Shown: in pieces, positions 8,677 through 17,708 of the stretch
Layout of the letters: the number at the start of each line of letters is the position of its first letter
Numbering within the stretch: the stretch's first letter is position 1
Assembly: GCA_038222295.1 (NCBI GenBank)
Contig: JBBRHT010000001.1
Span: 1 to 33,801, forward strand
Length of the DNA: 33,801 bases
DNA from: Lysobacterales bacterium
GTDB taxonomy: Bacteria > Pseudomonadota > Gammaproteobacteria > Xanthomonadales > Xanthomonadaceae
Direction of reading: 5' to 3'
Translations under genes and position numbers: made by a program
Notes under the pieces: model-generated
Seen by the model: only the letters and a program-made list of their open reading frames with translations
Database searches by the model: none
What the model was told of the DNA's origin: nothing

Positions 8677-9834
8677 ATGCACATGATCGCAGCGTTGTGG
8701 CAGCTGGTCATCGAAGTGCTCCGCGCCGCGGCCCCGGGCGCGATGCATCTTCGTGTCCAGGCCGCAAGCCAGGTCGCCGACCTGCTGTTCTTCCGGGAGA
8801 TCAACAGTTTCCTGACGGGCGAGATCAACGTCTTCCGGGACAACCTGCTGGGGCGGACCGTCAGCCTCATCGGTGGAGCGGTGATGGCGCTGGTCACGCT
8901 GTGGATCATGGTCCAGGGTTACCGGATCGCGGTTGGGCAGTCGCGCGATTCGATGATGGAACTGCTGGCGCGCTCGCTGCGGGTCACCCTGGTCGTCGGC
9001 GTCGCCACCGCCGCCGCCGCCGGTGGCGGGTCGATGTACCGCGCGCTGACGGATGGGCTGAGCAGCGATATCAGCCGGATGGTCACCGGTACCGACGAGG
9101 ACGTCTACGATCGCGTCGACAAATGCCTGGCCTACATGCAGGTGGCGCTGGCGAGCATCGATGCGCTGGATGTCGCCGATGACCCGATCCTCAACGAGAA
9201 GAAAGACCGCGACCTGTGGTTCGCCGGCATCGGCACGGGCGGCCCGGCGCTGATGGCAGGCACGATGCTGCTGCTCAACAAGATCGCGATGGCGCTCTTC
9301 GTCGGGCTCGGTCCTTTGTTCATCCTGTGCCTGCTGTTCGACCAGACCAGGGGATTGTTCGGTCGCTGGCTCTACTACGGGCTGGGAACGATGTTCTCGC
9401 TGGCGGTGCTGAGCGTCATGGTGACGCTGGCGACGGACATGGTCATTGCCGTGGCAGCCGCGTTCTGGACCAGCGCCCTGCTGGGTGCGGGCCCTGATGG
9501 CGTCAACAGCATGGCCCTGCAGCAAGGCGGGCTGGGCCTGGTGCTGACGATGCTGATCCTTACCGCGCCGCCGATGGCGGCGATGTTCTTCCAGGGCACC
9601 ATGGGCAGTTTCGTCCCCTATTCGCAGTTCGGTGGTGGCGCGACCGGACGCGCGTCCCACCCGGGTCCGCAAGGCCAGCCGCCGGGTGCGTATCACGCGA
9701 CCCCGATCGCCTCCGCAACCACGCAGGCGCAACAGCATCCCGGTCGCCAGTCCATTGCGGCTGATCGCAGCCACGGTGGCCTGCGCATGCCCGGCATCGG
9801 ACAACCGGACGTGATCAAGCCACCCGTGGGATGA
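8677..9834 (+). CDS. virB6: VirB6/TrbL polytopic inner-membrane protein
   Basis: 385 aa with multiple TM helices. Motifs TLWIMVQGYRI..G.SR.SMM, KIAMALFVGLGPLFILCLLFDQTRGLF.RWL.Y and PPMAAMFFQGT. Exact start uncertain. Confidence 0.9.
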   Translation: MHMIAALWQLVIEVLRAAAPGAMHLRVQAASQVADLLFFREINSFLTGEINVFRDNLLGRTVSLIGGAVMALVTLWIMVQGYRIAVGQSRDSMMELLARSLRVTLVVGVATAAAAGGGSMYRALTDGLSSDISRMVTGTDEDVYDRVDKCLAYMQVALASIDALDVADDPILNEKKDRDLWFAGIGTGGPALMAGTMLLLNKIAMALFVGLGPLFILCLLFDQTRGLFGRWLYYGLGTMFSLAVLSVMVTLATDMVIAVAAAFWTSALLGAGPDGVNSMALQQGGLGLVLTMLILTAPPMAAMFFQGTMGSFVPYSQFGGGATGRASHPGPQGQPPGAYHATPIASATTQAQQHPGRQSIAADRSHGGLRMPGIGQPDVIKPPVG

Positions 9835-9979
9835 CCGACCTGCAGTTGTCCGGACGCATGCGGTCGTGGCCCGCACCGTGTCGCTTCGGCGCAGCGCTCC
9901 AGCGTCGCCGCCGGGCCCAGGCAAACCGCGCGGTGTACCCTGTCGACCGCTAGCGCTGACGCTTTCCACGATCCGGCCA

Positions 9980-11014
9980 ATGACCATCCAGCCTGCAGCC
10001 GGTCGATCGGCCCGACCCTCGCCGGCTTCGACCAACAACGCCACCATCCGCCTCTCCGTCGCCCCGATGATGGATTGGACCGACACGCATTGCCGCGTCT
10101 TCCACCGCATCCTGGCGCCGCATGCGCGGCTGTATACCGAGATGGTGCATGCCAACGCGGTGATCCACGGCGATCGCAGCAAGCTGCTGGCGCTGGATCC
10201 GGTGGAGCATCCGGTGGCGCTGCAACTGGGCGGCAGCGAGCCGGCCTTGCTGGCGCAGGCGGCGCGCATCGGCGCCGATGCCGGCTTCGACGAGATCAAC
10301 CTCAACGTGGGTTGCCCGTCCGACCGCGTGCAGGCCGGACGCTTCGGTGCCTGCCTGATGCGCGAGCCCGACCTGGTTGCCGACAGCATCGCGGCGATGA
10401 TCGCGGCTTGCGATGTACCAGTGACGGTGAAATGCCGGCTCGGGATCGACGATGACGAGCACTACGATGTCTTCCGCGCGTTCGTCGATCGTGTCGCCGC
10501 CGCGGGGTGCGGGCTGTTCGTCGTGCATGCGCGCAATGCGTGGCTGAAGGGCCTGTCGCCGAAGGAAAACCGCGAAGTGCCGCCGCTTCGCTACGACTGG
10601 GCCTACCGGCTGAAGGCCGAGCGGCCGGAACTGCGCGTCGTCGTCAACGGCGGCATTGCAGCACTGGACGATGCCACCGCGCACCTCGCACACGCCGACG
10701 GCGCGATGCTCGGTCGCGCCGCCTACCATGATCCCTACCTGCTGCATCGCATCGACGTGGCCTGGTTCGGCGGCGAGCTGCGCAGTCGCGCCGACCTGTT
10801 GCAGTCCATGCGTCCACACATCGACGCCTGGCTGGCGCAGGGCATCGCGCTCAAACACGTCACCCGCCACCTGCTGGGCCTGTTCCATGGCGAGCGTGGT
10901 GGGCGCGCATTCCGCCAGGTGCTGAGCGAAGGCGCGCACAAGCCGGGCGCCGACTGGACCTTGGTCGAGGCAGCGCTGGCGCCGACGCAATCGCAACCGG
11001 GCCTGGCGGCATGA
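9980..11014 (+). CDS. dusA: tRNA dihydrouridine(20/20a) synthase
   Basis: Motifs SVAPMMDWTD.HCR, LYTEMV, QLGGS.P, EINLNVGCPSDRVQ.G.FGACLM, VHARNAWLKGLSPKENREVPPL, GAMLGRAAY. Start taken at ATG 9980 (uncertain). Confidence 0.95.
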   Translation: MTIQPAAGRSARPSPASTNNATIRLSVAPMMDWTDTHCRVFHRILAPHARLYTEMVHANAVIHGDRSKLLALDPVEHPVALQLGGSEPALLAQAARIGADAGFDEINLNVGCPSDRVQAGRFGACLMREPDLVADSIAAMIAACDVPVTVKCRLGIDDDEHYDVFRAFVDRVAAAGCGLFVVHARNAWLKGLSPKENREVPPLRYDWAYRLKAERPELRVVVNGGIAALDDATAHLAHADGAMLGRAAYHDPYLLHRIDVAWFGGELRSRADLLQSMRPHIDAWLAQGIALKHVTRHLLGLFHGERGGRAFRQVLSEGAHKPGADWTLVEAALAPTQSQPGLAA

Positions 11015-11922
11015 TCACGCGCGATCCGTCGGCATTCCTCGACATCGCACGAGCGCTTGCGCCGGACTTCGGGCCGGCTGTCGCGCGCGCGGCCTTCCTC
11101 GTCGCGCCCGACGGGTTCCGCATGGCGGAACAGTCGGCCAGCGACAACCGCTACATGGCGGGTGCGGCTGCATTCGACCCCGAGCGCGCCTTGCGGCAGC
11201 ACCGGGCGTTGCAGCGCGCCCTGGCAACGGAATTGCCGACGGTGTGCTTTCCCGGCGACGACGCCACGCCCGATGCGGTGTTCCCCAACAACGTGTTCGC
11301 GACGGCGCCCGGACGCCTGGTCATCGGTCGCATGCGCCATCCAGTGCGCCAGCGGGAAGCCGGACGCAGCGACATCCGTGGTTTCTTCCGCGACATCCTC
11401 GGTTACGCACAGGTCGACCTGTCCACCCAGCCGCATCCCTGCGAACTCACCGGCGCAATGGTCATCGACCGCGCGCGCGGCATTGGCTGGTGCGGCCTGT
11501 CGCAGCGCTGCGACGAGGCCGGCGCACGGTTGATGCATGCGGCTTTCGGACTGCGCGCAACGTTGATGTTCGACCTGGCACCTGGCGAATACCACACCAA
11601 CGTGGTGCTGGCCGTCCTGGCGGGACGCGCGGCGCTGGCCTGCACGGAAGGTTTTGCCGATTCCGCCATCATCCAGGTCGTGGAGGCGATCTATGGGCCG
11701 CACGCGATCAGGTTGTCGCCGCTGGAGCAGGCCGCCTTCGCCGGTAACGCCATTGCCCTGTCGACGGGCAGCGCCTGGATGAGCGCCACCGCCGACCTCG
11801 CCCTGGGCGGCGACAATCGCAAGGCATTGGCCGCTGCCGGTTTCGTCGTACGTAGTGTGGAGCTGGACGCGATCGAGGCAGGGGGCGGCTCACTGCGCTG
11901 CTGCGTGGGCGAGCTGATCTGA
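11011..11922 (+). CDS. Amidinotransferase / arginine-deiminase-fold protein (CtlX-like)
   Basis: 303 aa. PDAVFPNN, YHTNV and the C-terminal catalytic-Cys motif IEAGGGSLRCC of the pentein fold. ATGA overlap with the dusA stop. Confidence 0.85.
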   Translation: MITRDPSAFLDIARALAPDFGPAVARAAFLVAPDGFRMAEQSASDNRYMAGAAAFDPERALRQHRALQRALATELPTVCFPGDDATPDAVFPNNVFATAPGRLVIGRMRHPVRQREAGRSDIRGFFRDILGYAQVDLSTQPHPCELTGAMVIDRARGIGWCGLSQRCDEAGARLMHAAFGLRATLMFDLAPGEYHTNVVLAVLAGRAALACTEGFADSAIIQVVEAIYGPHAIRLSPLEQAAFAGNAIALSTGSAWMSATADLALGGDNRKALAAAGFVVRSVELDAIEAGGGSLRCCVGELI

Positions 11923-11971
11923 ACCAATCCCGCGGTGCCATCTGAACCCCACCGGGTCATCAACCGGAAAA

Positions 11972-11987
11972 GTTAAGGACGGATTCA
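11972..11987 (+). promoter_or_regulatory. Possible OmpR/PhoP-type direct-repeat box upstream of the phoPQ operon
   Basis: GTTAA-ggacgg-ATTCA, half-sites 11 bp apart, followed 12 nt later by a -10-like AACAAT. Confidence 0.35.
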
Positions 11988-12056
11988 CCACCGGCTCCCA
12001 ACAATCACTGCCACGCCCCGAACCCGTGCTCCTCGGGGCTTCCTCCGGAACCTTCC

Positions 12057-12401
12057 ATGCCACTGCGCCGCTCATTGCCGCCTTGCCTCTTCGCTGCCTT
12101 GCTCGCGGCCATGAGCGCGACTGCCCTGGCTGCGCCTCCAGTCGGGCCGCCGCGCTCCACGTCCGAACGCGACCTGCCCGCGATGCGCAGCGATGATGCG
12201 TTGTCGGACAGCGTGCGCCGCGTGGAGCGGAGCACGCGCGGGCAGGTACTCAGTGCCGAACGCATCCCTTTCGACGGCCGTGACGTCAACCGGATCAAGA
12301 CGGTCGATGAGCACGGACGCGTGCGCGTCTTCATGGTCGATCCTTCGGCCAGCGACCCGGCACGCCGGCAAAACCCGCCTACACGCGGCAACGACGACTG
12401 A
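12057..12401 (+). CDS. Small exported protein (PepSY-like) preceding phoP
   Basis: 114 aa. Signal peptide ending ALA-A, then 'LSDSVRRVERSTRGQVLSAE...NRIKTVDEHGRVRVF', which resembles a PepSY-type alpha/beta unit. Confidence 0.7.
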   Translation: MPLRRSLPPCLFAALLAAMSATALAAPPVGPPRSTSERDLPAMRSDDALSDSVRRVERSTRGQVLSAERIPFDGRDVNRIKTVDEHGRVRVFMVDPSASDPARRQNPPTRGNDD

Positions 12402-12457
12402 ATAGGGCACCCTATTGCAGTGTCGCCGCCCCGCGGCCTGGCCTTCTGGAGTGACCC

Positions 12458-13141
12458 ATGCGTATCTTGCTCGTCGAAGACGAAGCCCCACTGCGCGAAA
12501 CCCTTGCCGCGCGGCTCAAGCGTGAGGGCTTTGCAGTGGACGCCGCCCAGGATGGCGAAGAGGGCCTGTACATGGGCCGCGAGGTTCCCTTCGACGTCGG
12601 CATCATCGACCTGGGCCTGCCCAAGATGTCCGGAATGGAACTGGTCAAGGCGCTGCGGGACGAGGGCAAGCAGTTCCCAGTGCTGATCCTCACCGCCCGC
12701 TCGAGTTGGCAGGACAAGGTCGAAGGGCTCAAGCAGGGCGCCGACGACTACCTGGTCAAGCCCTTCCATGTCGAGGAGTTGCTGGCCCGCATCAATGCGC
12801 TGGTCCGGCGTGCCGCCGGCTGGAGCAAACCGACGCTGGAGTGCGGACCGGTGGTGCTGGACCTCGCCGCGCAGACGGTGAGCGTCAACGGCACCAACGT
12901 CGACCTGACCAGCTACGAGTACAAGGTGCTCGAGTACCTGATGATGCACGCCGGCGAACTGGTGTCGAAGGCCGACCTGACCGAGCATATCTACCAGCAG
13001 GATTTCGACCGGGATTCCAATGTGCTGGAAGTCTTCATCGGCCGCCTGCGCAAGAAACTCGATCCGGATGGGAGTCTCAAGCCGATCGAAACCGTCCGTG
13101 GCCGCGGCTACCGCTTCGCGATCCCGCGGACCGAGGAATGA
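12458..13141 (+). CDS. phoP: OmpR-family response regulator PhoP
   Basis: 227 aa. MRILLVEDE, IIDLGLP (phospho-Asp), LTARSSWQDKVEGL..GADDYLVKPFH, and winged helix DSNVLEVFIGRLRKKL...IETVRGRGYRF. 'WQDKVEGL' is PhoP-like. Confidence 0.88.
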   Translation: MRILLVEDEAPLRETLAARLKREGFAVDAAQDGEEGLYMGREVPFDVGIIDLGLPKMSGMELVKALRDEGKQFPVLILTARSSWQDKVEGLKQGADDYLVKPFHVEELLARINALVRRAAGWSKPTLECGPVVLDLAAQTVSVNGTNVDLTSYEYKVLEYLMMHAGELVSKADLTEHIYQQDFDRDSNVLEVFIGRLRKKLDPDGSLKPIETVRGRGYRFAIPRTEE

Positions 13142-13245
13142 GGTCCGGCGGGCGGGCACGGCGGATGCCGCGCCGCTCGCCTCTGGGACATGGGGCGCCG
13201 CGCACGTGATGCGATGTGCAGCACTGCCCACAAGGCGCCAGATCG

Positions 13246-14658
13246 ATGGTTGAACGTCAGCGGCTGCTGCGATGGCAACCGCGCTCGCTGCAGTCGCGGC
13301 AACTGCTTGCGGCCAGCATCGGCCTGGTGGCGTTCCTGGCGTTGGCCGGCTTCGCGCTGGATCGCGCCTTCGTCGATGTCGCCGGGCAAGGCCTGCGCGA
13401 CCGACTCAAGGCCTATGCCTTCACCTATGCCGGCGGCATCGAGTTCGCGCGCGACGGCTCGCTGATCCCGCCGGAAGTAACGCCGGATGGGCGCTTCGAC
13501 CGCCCCGGGAGCGGCCTCTACGCCGGCGTCGAGTTGCCCCAGGGCCATTGGGTGTCCGGCTCCGCACGAGGCCCGCAGCTGCCACGCGGTGACGTGCTCG
13601 CCGGTCGCGAGGAAGTCTTCGACGGGCCGCTGCAGATCGTGAAGAGCAATGGCTCGCCAGGCGAGGTCTATCGTTATGGCATCGGCCTGGTCGATGCGAC
13701 GCGCAGCGACAGCCCCGAATTCCCCTACACCATCTACATCATGGAGGACGCCGGCACGCTGCCACGGCAGGTGCGCATCTTCCGCCAGGCGCTGTGGGGC
13801 TACCTCGGCATCTCCGGCGCGGTGTTGTTGTTGCTGCAGGCGGTGATCCTGCGCTGGAGCCTGCGCCCGTTGCGACGCGTGATCGCCGAGCTCAAGCGGG
13901 TGCAGCGCGGCCAGATCCCGCGGATGAGCGAGCGCCACCCGCGCGAACTCGAACCACTGACCGAAAGCATCAATGCATTCGTGGAGAGCGAGCGCGAGAA
14001 CCTCGATCGCCAGCGCAACACCCTCGCCGACCTGGCGCACAGCCTGAAGACGCCGCTTGCGGTATTGCGCACCCGGCTGGACAGCGGCACCAGCGAGCCG
14101 GAACTGCGCGAAGAGGTCGAAACGCAGCTGCGTCGCATGAACGATCTCGTCGGTTACCAGCTCGCGCGCGCGGCTTCAGGGGGGCACAAGCTGTTCGCCG
14201 CGCCGATCGCCATCGAGCCGCATGCCGAGCAGATCGTGCGTGGGCTGGAAAGGATCTATGCCGCCAAGGGCATCGTCTGCGAATTCGAGATCGACCCGAA
14301 CACCCTCTTCCACGGCGAACCCGGCGACCTGCAGGAACTGCTCGGCAACCTGCTCGAAAACGCCTTCAAGTGGGCGCGCTCACGCGTGCTGCTCACCATC
14401 CAGCCCGGCGCGACCGCGCCCGGGCGCCGGCCGGGCGTGTTGATCGCGGTGGAGGACGACGGCCCGGGCATCGCGCCCGACCAGATCGCACATGTGTTGC
14501 AGCGTGGCGTGCGCGGAGACGAGCGCGTGCAGGGCCACGGCATCGGCCTGGCGATCGTGCAGGACATGGTGCGCAGTTATCGCGGCGAACTGACCGTGGG
14601 CGCGTCGAAGGAACTGGGTGGGGCGCGATTCGAGGTCACGCTGCCGCCGGGGCTTTGA
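13246..14658 (+). CDS. phoQ: Sensor histidine kinase PhoQ
   Basis: Two TM segments flank a periplasmic domain. HAMP (LRPLRRV...PRELEPL), H-box LADLAHSLKTPL, N-box GNLLENAFKW, EDDGPGI, RGVRGDE, GHGIGLAIV. Start taken at ATG 13246. Confidence 0.87.
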   Translation: MVERQRLLRWQPRSLQSRQLLAASIGLVAFLALAGFALDRAFVDVAGQGLRDRLKAYAFTYAGGIEFARDGSLIPPEVTPDGRFDRPGSGLYAGVELPQGHWVSGSARGPQLPRGDVLAGREEVFDGPLQIVKSNGSPGEVYRYGIGLVDATRSDSPEFPYTIYIMEDAGTLPRQVRIFRQALWGYLGISGAVLLLLQAVILRWSLRPLRRVIAELKRVQRGQIPRMSERHPRELEPLTESINAFVESERENLDRQRNTLADLAHSLKTPLAVLRTRLDSGTSEPELREEVETQLRRMNDLVGYQLARAASGGHKLFAAPIAIEPHAEQIVRGLERIYAAKGIVCEFEIDPNTLFHGEPGDLQELLGNLLENAFKWARSRVLLTIQPGATAPGRRPGVLIAVEDDGPGIAPDQIAHVLQRGVRGDERVQGHGIGLAIVQDMVRSYRGELTVGASKELGGARFEVTLPPGL

Positions 14659-14706
14659 CCCGAAGATCCCCTGCATCGCGGACGTCGCGTCCGACGGACG
14701 TCGACC

Positions 14707-14970
14707 TCAGCGGAACATGCCCGGGAGGAAGCTGTGCCAGCGTGGAGCACGCGAGCCACCGTCGTCGTCCCCGGAGCGGAACAGCGGCGGTGTCTTGACC
14801 CTCGCATGCACCGTCGTCGTGGCGTCATGCTTCGTCGGGGGCGGTGCGGCAATGGCGGCGCTGTCGACCAGGGCACTGCCATCGCCGTTGGGGCCATGCA
14901 TTCGCACGTCACGTGCATTGACCACGGAACTCAGGCCAAGCAGCAGCAGGCACACGACGGTTCGGTTCAT
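14707..14970 (-). CDS. Small secreted hypothetical protein (87 aa)
   Basis: C-terminal part of ORF 14707..15351. MNRTVVCLLLLGLSSVVNA signal peptide, ends PRWHSFLPGMFR. Upstream GGAG RBS. Fills the gap between phoQ and birA. Confidence 0.7.
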   Translation of the reverse strand: MNRTVVCLLLLGLSSVVNARDVRMHGPNGDGSALVDSAAIAAPPPTKHDATTTVHARVKTPPLFRSGDDDGGSRAPRWHSFLPGMFR

Positions 14971-15144
14971 GACGACACTCCAGGCCACCCGCGGGACGTC
15001 AGGCGACAGCACACTATAACGTGGATGCCCGATGGCATCGGCCGGTTGCATGCTGCAACGCAGCAGACAGCGGCCGGATGATCCGGCAGACTCCGGGCGA
15101 TGCCTGACCGACCGCCTGCCGCGTCTTCCCGCGGCCTCCCGCTG

Positions 15145-16122
15145 ATGCATGACCGCGATTTGCTGCTGCGGCTGCTGCGCGGACCTGCCGGCGGAGAGGC
15201 ATTGGCCGGTGAGGGTGGCCTGACCCGGGCCGCCGTCTGGAAACGCATTGCCGCGCTGCGTGCCGCCGGTGTCGCCATCGCGGCGCAACCGGGCAAGGGC
15301 TATGCCCTGGCGCAGCCACTGGAGTTGCTTTCCCCCGACGCCATCCGCCACCAGCTGCCGCCCGACCTGCGGGCGCAGCTGGTGGCGCTGGACGTCGCCT
15401 GGTCGCTGGATTCGACCAATTCCGAACTACTGCGCCGGACGACGTGTCCCGTGGGCTCCACCGTGCTGCTGGCCGAGCGCCAGACCGGCGGGCGCGGACG
15501 GCGCGGGCGCAGCTGGGCCTCGCCGCTGGCCGCCAACATCTACCTGTCGCTGGCGCGGCTGTTCTCCGGCGGCCTGGCCCGCCTGCCCGGCTTGAGCCTC
15601 ATCGCCGGCATCGCCACGGCCGAAGCGCTGCACGCATCCGGATTCACCGCAGTGCGGCTGAAGTGGCCCAACGACCTGGTGGTCACTGGGCCCGACGGTT
15701 TGCGCAAGCTCGGTGGCCTGCTGGTGGAAGGCGGGGGGGAACATGCGGGACCGGCGCGGGCGGTGATCGGCCTGGGACTCAACGTCCGCATGCCGCCTGC
15801 CTTCGCCACCGACATTTCGCAGCCCTGGACGGACCTGGCGTCGATGGCGGACACCGCACCCTCGCGCAACACGCTCGTCGCCAGCGTGCTCGCGCATTGG
15901 CTGCCGGCACTGGCGCGGTTCAACGAGGGCGGGCTGCTGCCCTTCCTGGAGCGGTACGCCCGGTTCGACGCGCTGGCCGGACGGGACGTCTGGGTGCACG
16001 GCACCGACGGCGTGCAACCGGCCCACGCCATCGGCATCGCCGAGGACGGCGCATTGCGCCTGCGCATCGATGGCCGCGAACAGCGTGTGTACTCCGGCGA
16101 CGTCAGCGTGCGCGCCCAATGA
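15145..16122 (+). CDS. birA: Bifunctional biotin-[acetyl-CoA-carboxylase] ligase / repressor
   Basis: N-terminal HTH (TRAAVWKRI..LR..G), DSTNS, AERQTGGRGRRGRSW, LKWPNDL, KLGGLLVE, IGLGLNV, SGDVS. Confidence 0.95.
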   Translation: MHDRDLLLRLLRGPAGGEALAGEGGLTRAAVWKRIAALRAAGVAIAAQPGKGYALAQPLELLSPDAIRHQLPPDLRAQLVALDVAWSLDSTNSELLRRTTCPVGSTVLLAERQTGGRGRRGRSWASPLAANIYLSLARLFSGGLARLPGLSLIAGIATAEALHASGFTAVRLKWPNDLVVTGPDGLRKLGGLLVEGGGEHAGPARAVIGLGLNVRMPPAFATDISQPWTDLASMADTAPSRNTLVASVLAHWLPALARFNEGGLLPFLERYARFDALAGRDVWVHGTDGVQPAHAIGIAEDGALRLRIDGREQRVYSGDVSVRAQ

Positions 16123-16877
16123 ACACCTGGCTGTTCGATCTCGGCAACAGTCGCTTGAAATGCGCCGCACTGCGCGATGGAGCGATCGGCGGGATCCGCT
16201 GCATCGACCATGGGGGCAGCCGCTTCGCCGACGACTGGGATCAGCGACTGCCGCACCGGTTCGACACCGCTTGGATCGCCAGCGTCGGTCCGCCGGAGCT
16301 GGCCGCGGCGTTGGTCGACGCCTTGACCTCGCGCTGCCGGCGTGTCTCGTTCGTGCGCACGCAGCGCAGTTTCGCCGGCGTCCGCATCGCCTACGCCGAG
16401 CCCGCACGACTAGGCGTCGACCGCTTCCTCGCGTTGCTGGCGGCCAACGCGCGCGGAAGCGGCCCGTGGCTGGTGGTCGGCGTCGGGACCGCGCTCACGA
16501 TCGACCTGATCGATGCGGACGGCGTGCATCGCGGCGGCCGGATCGCACCATCGCCCACGCTGATGCGCGAGAGCCTGCATGCGCGCGCACCACAACTGCC
16601 CGCGCACGGCGGCAGCTATGCGCCATTCGCCGCAGAGACCGCATCGGCACTGGCCTCGGGTTGCGAGGGCGCCGCACTGGCATTGGTCGCGCAGAGTGCG
16701 CAGGCGGCCACGGCACTGCTGGGCACGACTCCGCGCGTGCTGCTGCACGGTGGTGGCGCACCGGCGCTGTTGCCTGCATTGGGAGATGCGGCATCCGCTC
16801 CCGCACTCGTGCTCGAAGGCCTTGCCTTGTGGGCGTTGGCCCTGGAGCCTGCCGACGGTCAGCGCACGCACGCTTAG
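16119..16877 (+). CDS. coaX: Type III pantothenate kinase
   Basis: 3' part of ORF 15444..16877. WLFDLGNSRLK, Y..P.RLGVDRF, VGTALTID, GG.IAP, HGGGA, LVLEGL. ATGA overlap with birA. Confidence 0.93.
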   Translation: MNTWLFDLGNSRLKCAALRDGAIGGIRCIDHGGSRFADDWDQRLPHRFDTAWIASVGPPELAAALVDALTSRCRRVSFVRTQRSFAGVRIAYAEPARLGVDRFLALLAANARGSGPWLVVGVGTALTIDLIDADGVHRGGRIAPSPTLMRESLHARAPQLPAHGGSYAPFAAETASALASGCEGAALALVAQSAQAATALLGTTPRVLLHGGGAPALLPALGDAASAPALVLEGLALWALALEPADGQRTHA

Positions 16878-16886
16878 AATGCCGGC

Positions 16887-17606
16887 ATGCTCATTCGCGC
16901 ATTGATCGTCCTGCTGGTCGTGCTGAACCTTGGCGTCGCCGCCTGGTGGGTCTCCCGGCCCGAGCCGGTGGTCCCTGTCGCCACGCCGACATCGTCGCGA
17001 GTGCCACGCCTGCTGCTGGCCGACGAGCGCACCGCACCCATGCCCGCTCCGGCTGGCATGGCGGCGCTCCAGCCGACCCCTGTAGCCAGGGCGTCATTGG
17101 CATCGACGCCCGTGCCCACCGCGGGGGATGGTCAATGCTTCACCGTGGGACCATTCCTCGACGATGCCGCGGTATCGGCCGCACGCGCAAGCCTGCAACC
17201 GCGCGTCATCCGCTTGCAGGTTCGCCAGGCCCCAACCGCGCGCCACGGCTGGCGCGTGTGGCTGCCTGCGCTCGCCGATCACGCCGCCGCCGTCGCGATG
17301 GCTGCACGCATCGATGCCGCCGGCTTCAAGGATTACTACATCGTGCCCACTGGGCCGGAGGCCAACAGCATTGCGCTGGGCCGCTTTGGCAGCGAGGAGT
17401 CGGCGAATCAACAGCAATCCGCGCTCGTGGCCGCCGGTTTTCCGGCCCAGGCCGGGCCGCTGGGCGCGGTGACGCAGTGGATCGACATCATGGGCAACGC
17501 GGGCCTGGACATTGCGTCCCTGCGTCGCACGACCGGCGCGGCACAGGCGAGGCCGGCGGATTGCGCAAAGCTCGCCGCAGACCTGGGTGGCCATGCCGCG
17601 CGCTAG
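16887..17606 (+). CDS. SPOR-domain membrane-anchored protein
   Basis: N-terminal TM (LIVLLVVLNLGVAAWW), Pro/Ala linker, C.TVGPF and NSIALGRF motifs. This is the usual gene after birA-coaX. Confidence 0.85.
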   Translation: MLIRALIVLLVVLNLGVAAWWVSRPEPVVPVATPTSSRVPRLLLADERTAPMPAPAGMAALQPTPVARASLASTPVPTAGDGQCFTVGPFLDDAAVSAARASLQPRVIRLQVRQAPTARHGWRVWLPALADHAAAVAMAARIDAAGFKDYYIVPTGPEANSIALGRFGSEESANQQQSALVAAGFPAQAGPLGAVTQWIDIMGNAGLDIASLRRTTGAAQARPADCAKLAADLGGHAAR

Positions 17607-17632
17607 AATGCGCACCCGCGTTGCGCGGCCGT

Positions 17633-17708
17633 GCCGGCATAGCTCAGTTGGTAGAGCAACCGCCTTGTAAGCGGTAGGTCCCCAGTTCGAATCCGGGTGC
17701 CGGCACCA
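17633..17708 (+). tRNA. tRNA-Thr (anticodon UGU)
   Basis: GCCGGCA acceptor stem pairs with TGCCGGC, followed by ACCA. D-arm GCTC-AGTTGGTA-GAGC. Anticodon arm ACCGC-CT-TGT-AA-GCGGT. T-loop TTCGAAT. 76 nt, with a -10-like TAGAAT at 17604-17609. Confidence 0.97.

Noticed and set aside
9835-10100. virB cluster abutting the 5' end of dusA, a known target of dusA-associated integrases
   Set aside because: No integrase, no duplicated dusA 5' fragment and no evident compositional shift in the window, so an integrated element cannot be supported.
5790-10389. Long alternative-frame ORFs over virB4-virB6 (540, 550 and 653 aa)
   Set aside because: Shadow ORFs, Arg/Pro/Ala-rich or antisense, with no motifs, fully overlapping well-supported genes.
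13138-13245. ATG overlapping the phoP stop, in frame with phoQ but closed by TGA at 13207-13209 (possible readthrough or leader peptide)
   Set aside because: The 23-codon peptide is low-information and Arg-rich, and phoQ is complete from ATG 13246. There is no evidence for recoding.
14678-14700. Hairpin CGGACG-TCG-CGTCCG between convergent phoQ and the small secreted gene as a terminator
   Set aside because: Short stem with no U-tract on either strand, too weak to call.
17681-17697. A-C mismatch in the tRNA-Thr T-stem (CCCAG/CCGGG)
   Set aside because: Single mismatches occur in functional tRNAs or may be a base-call error. All other elements are canonical and no att duplicate was found.
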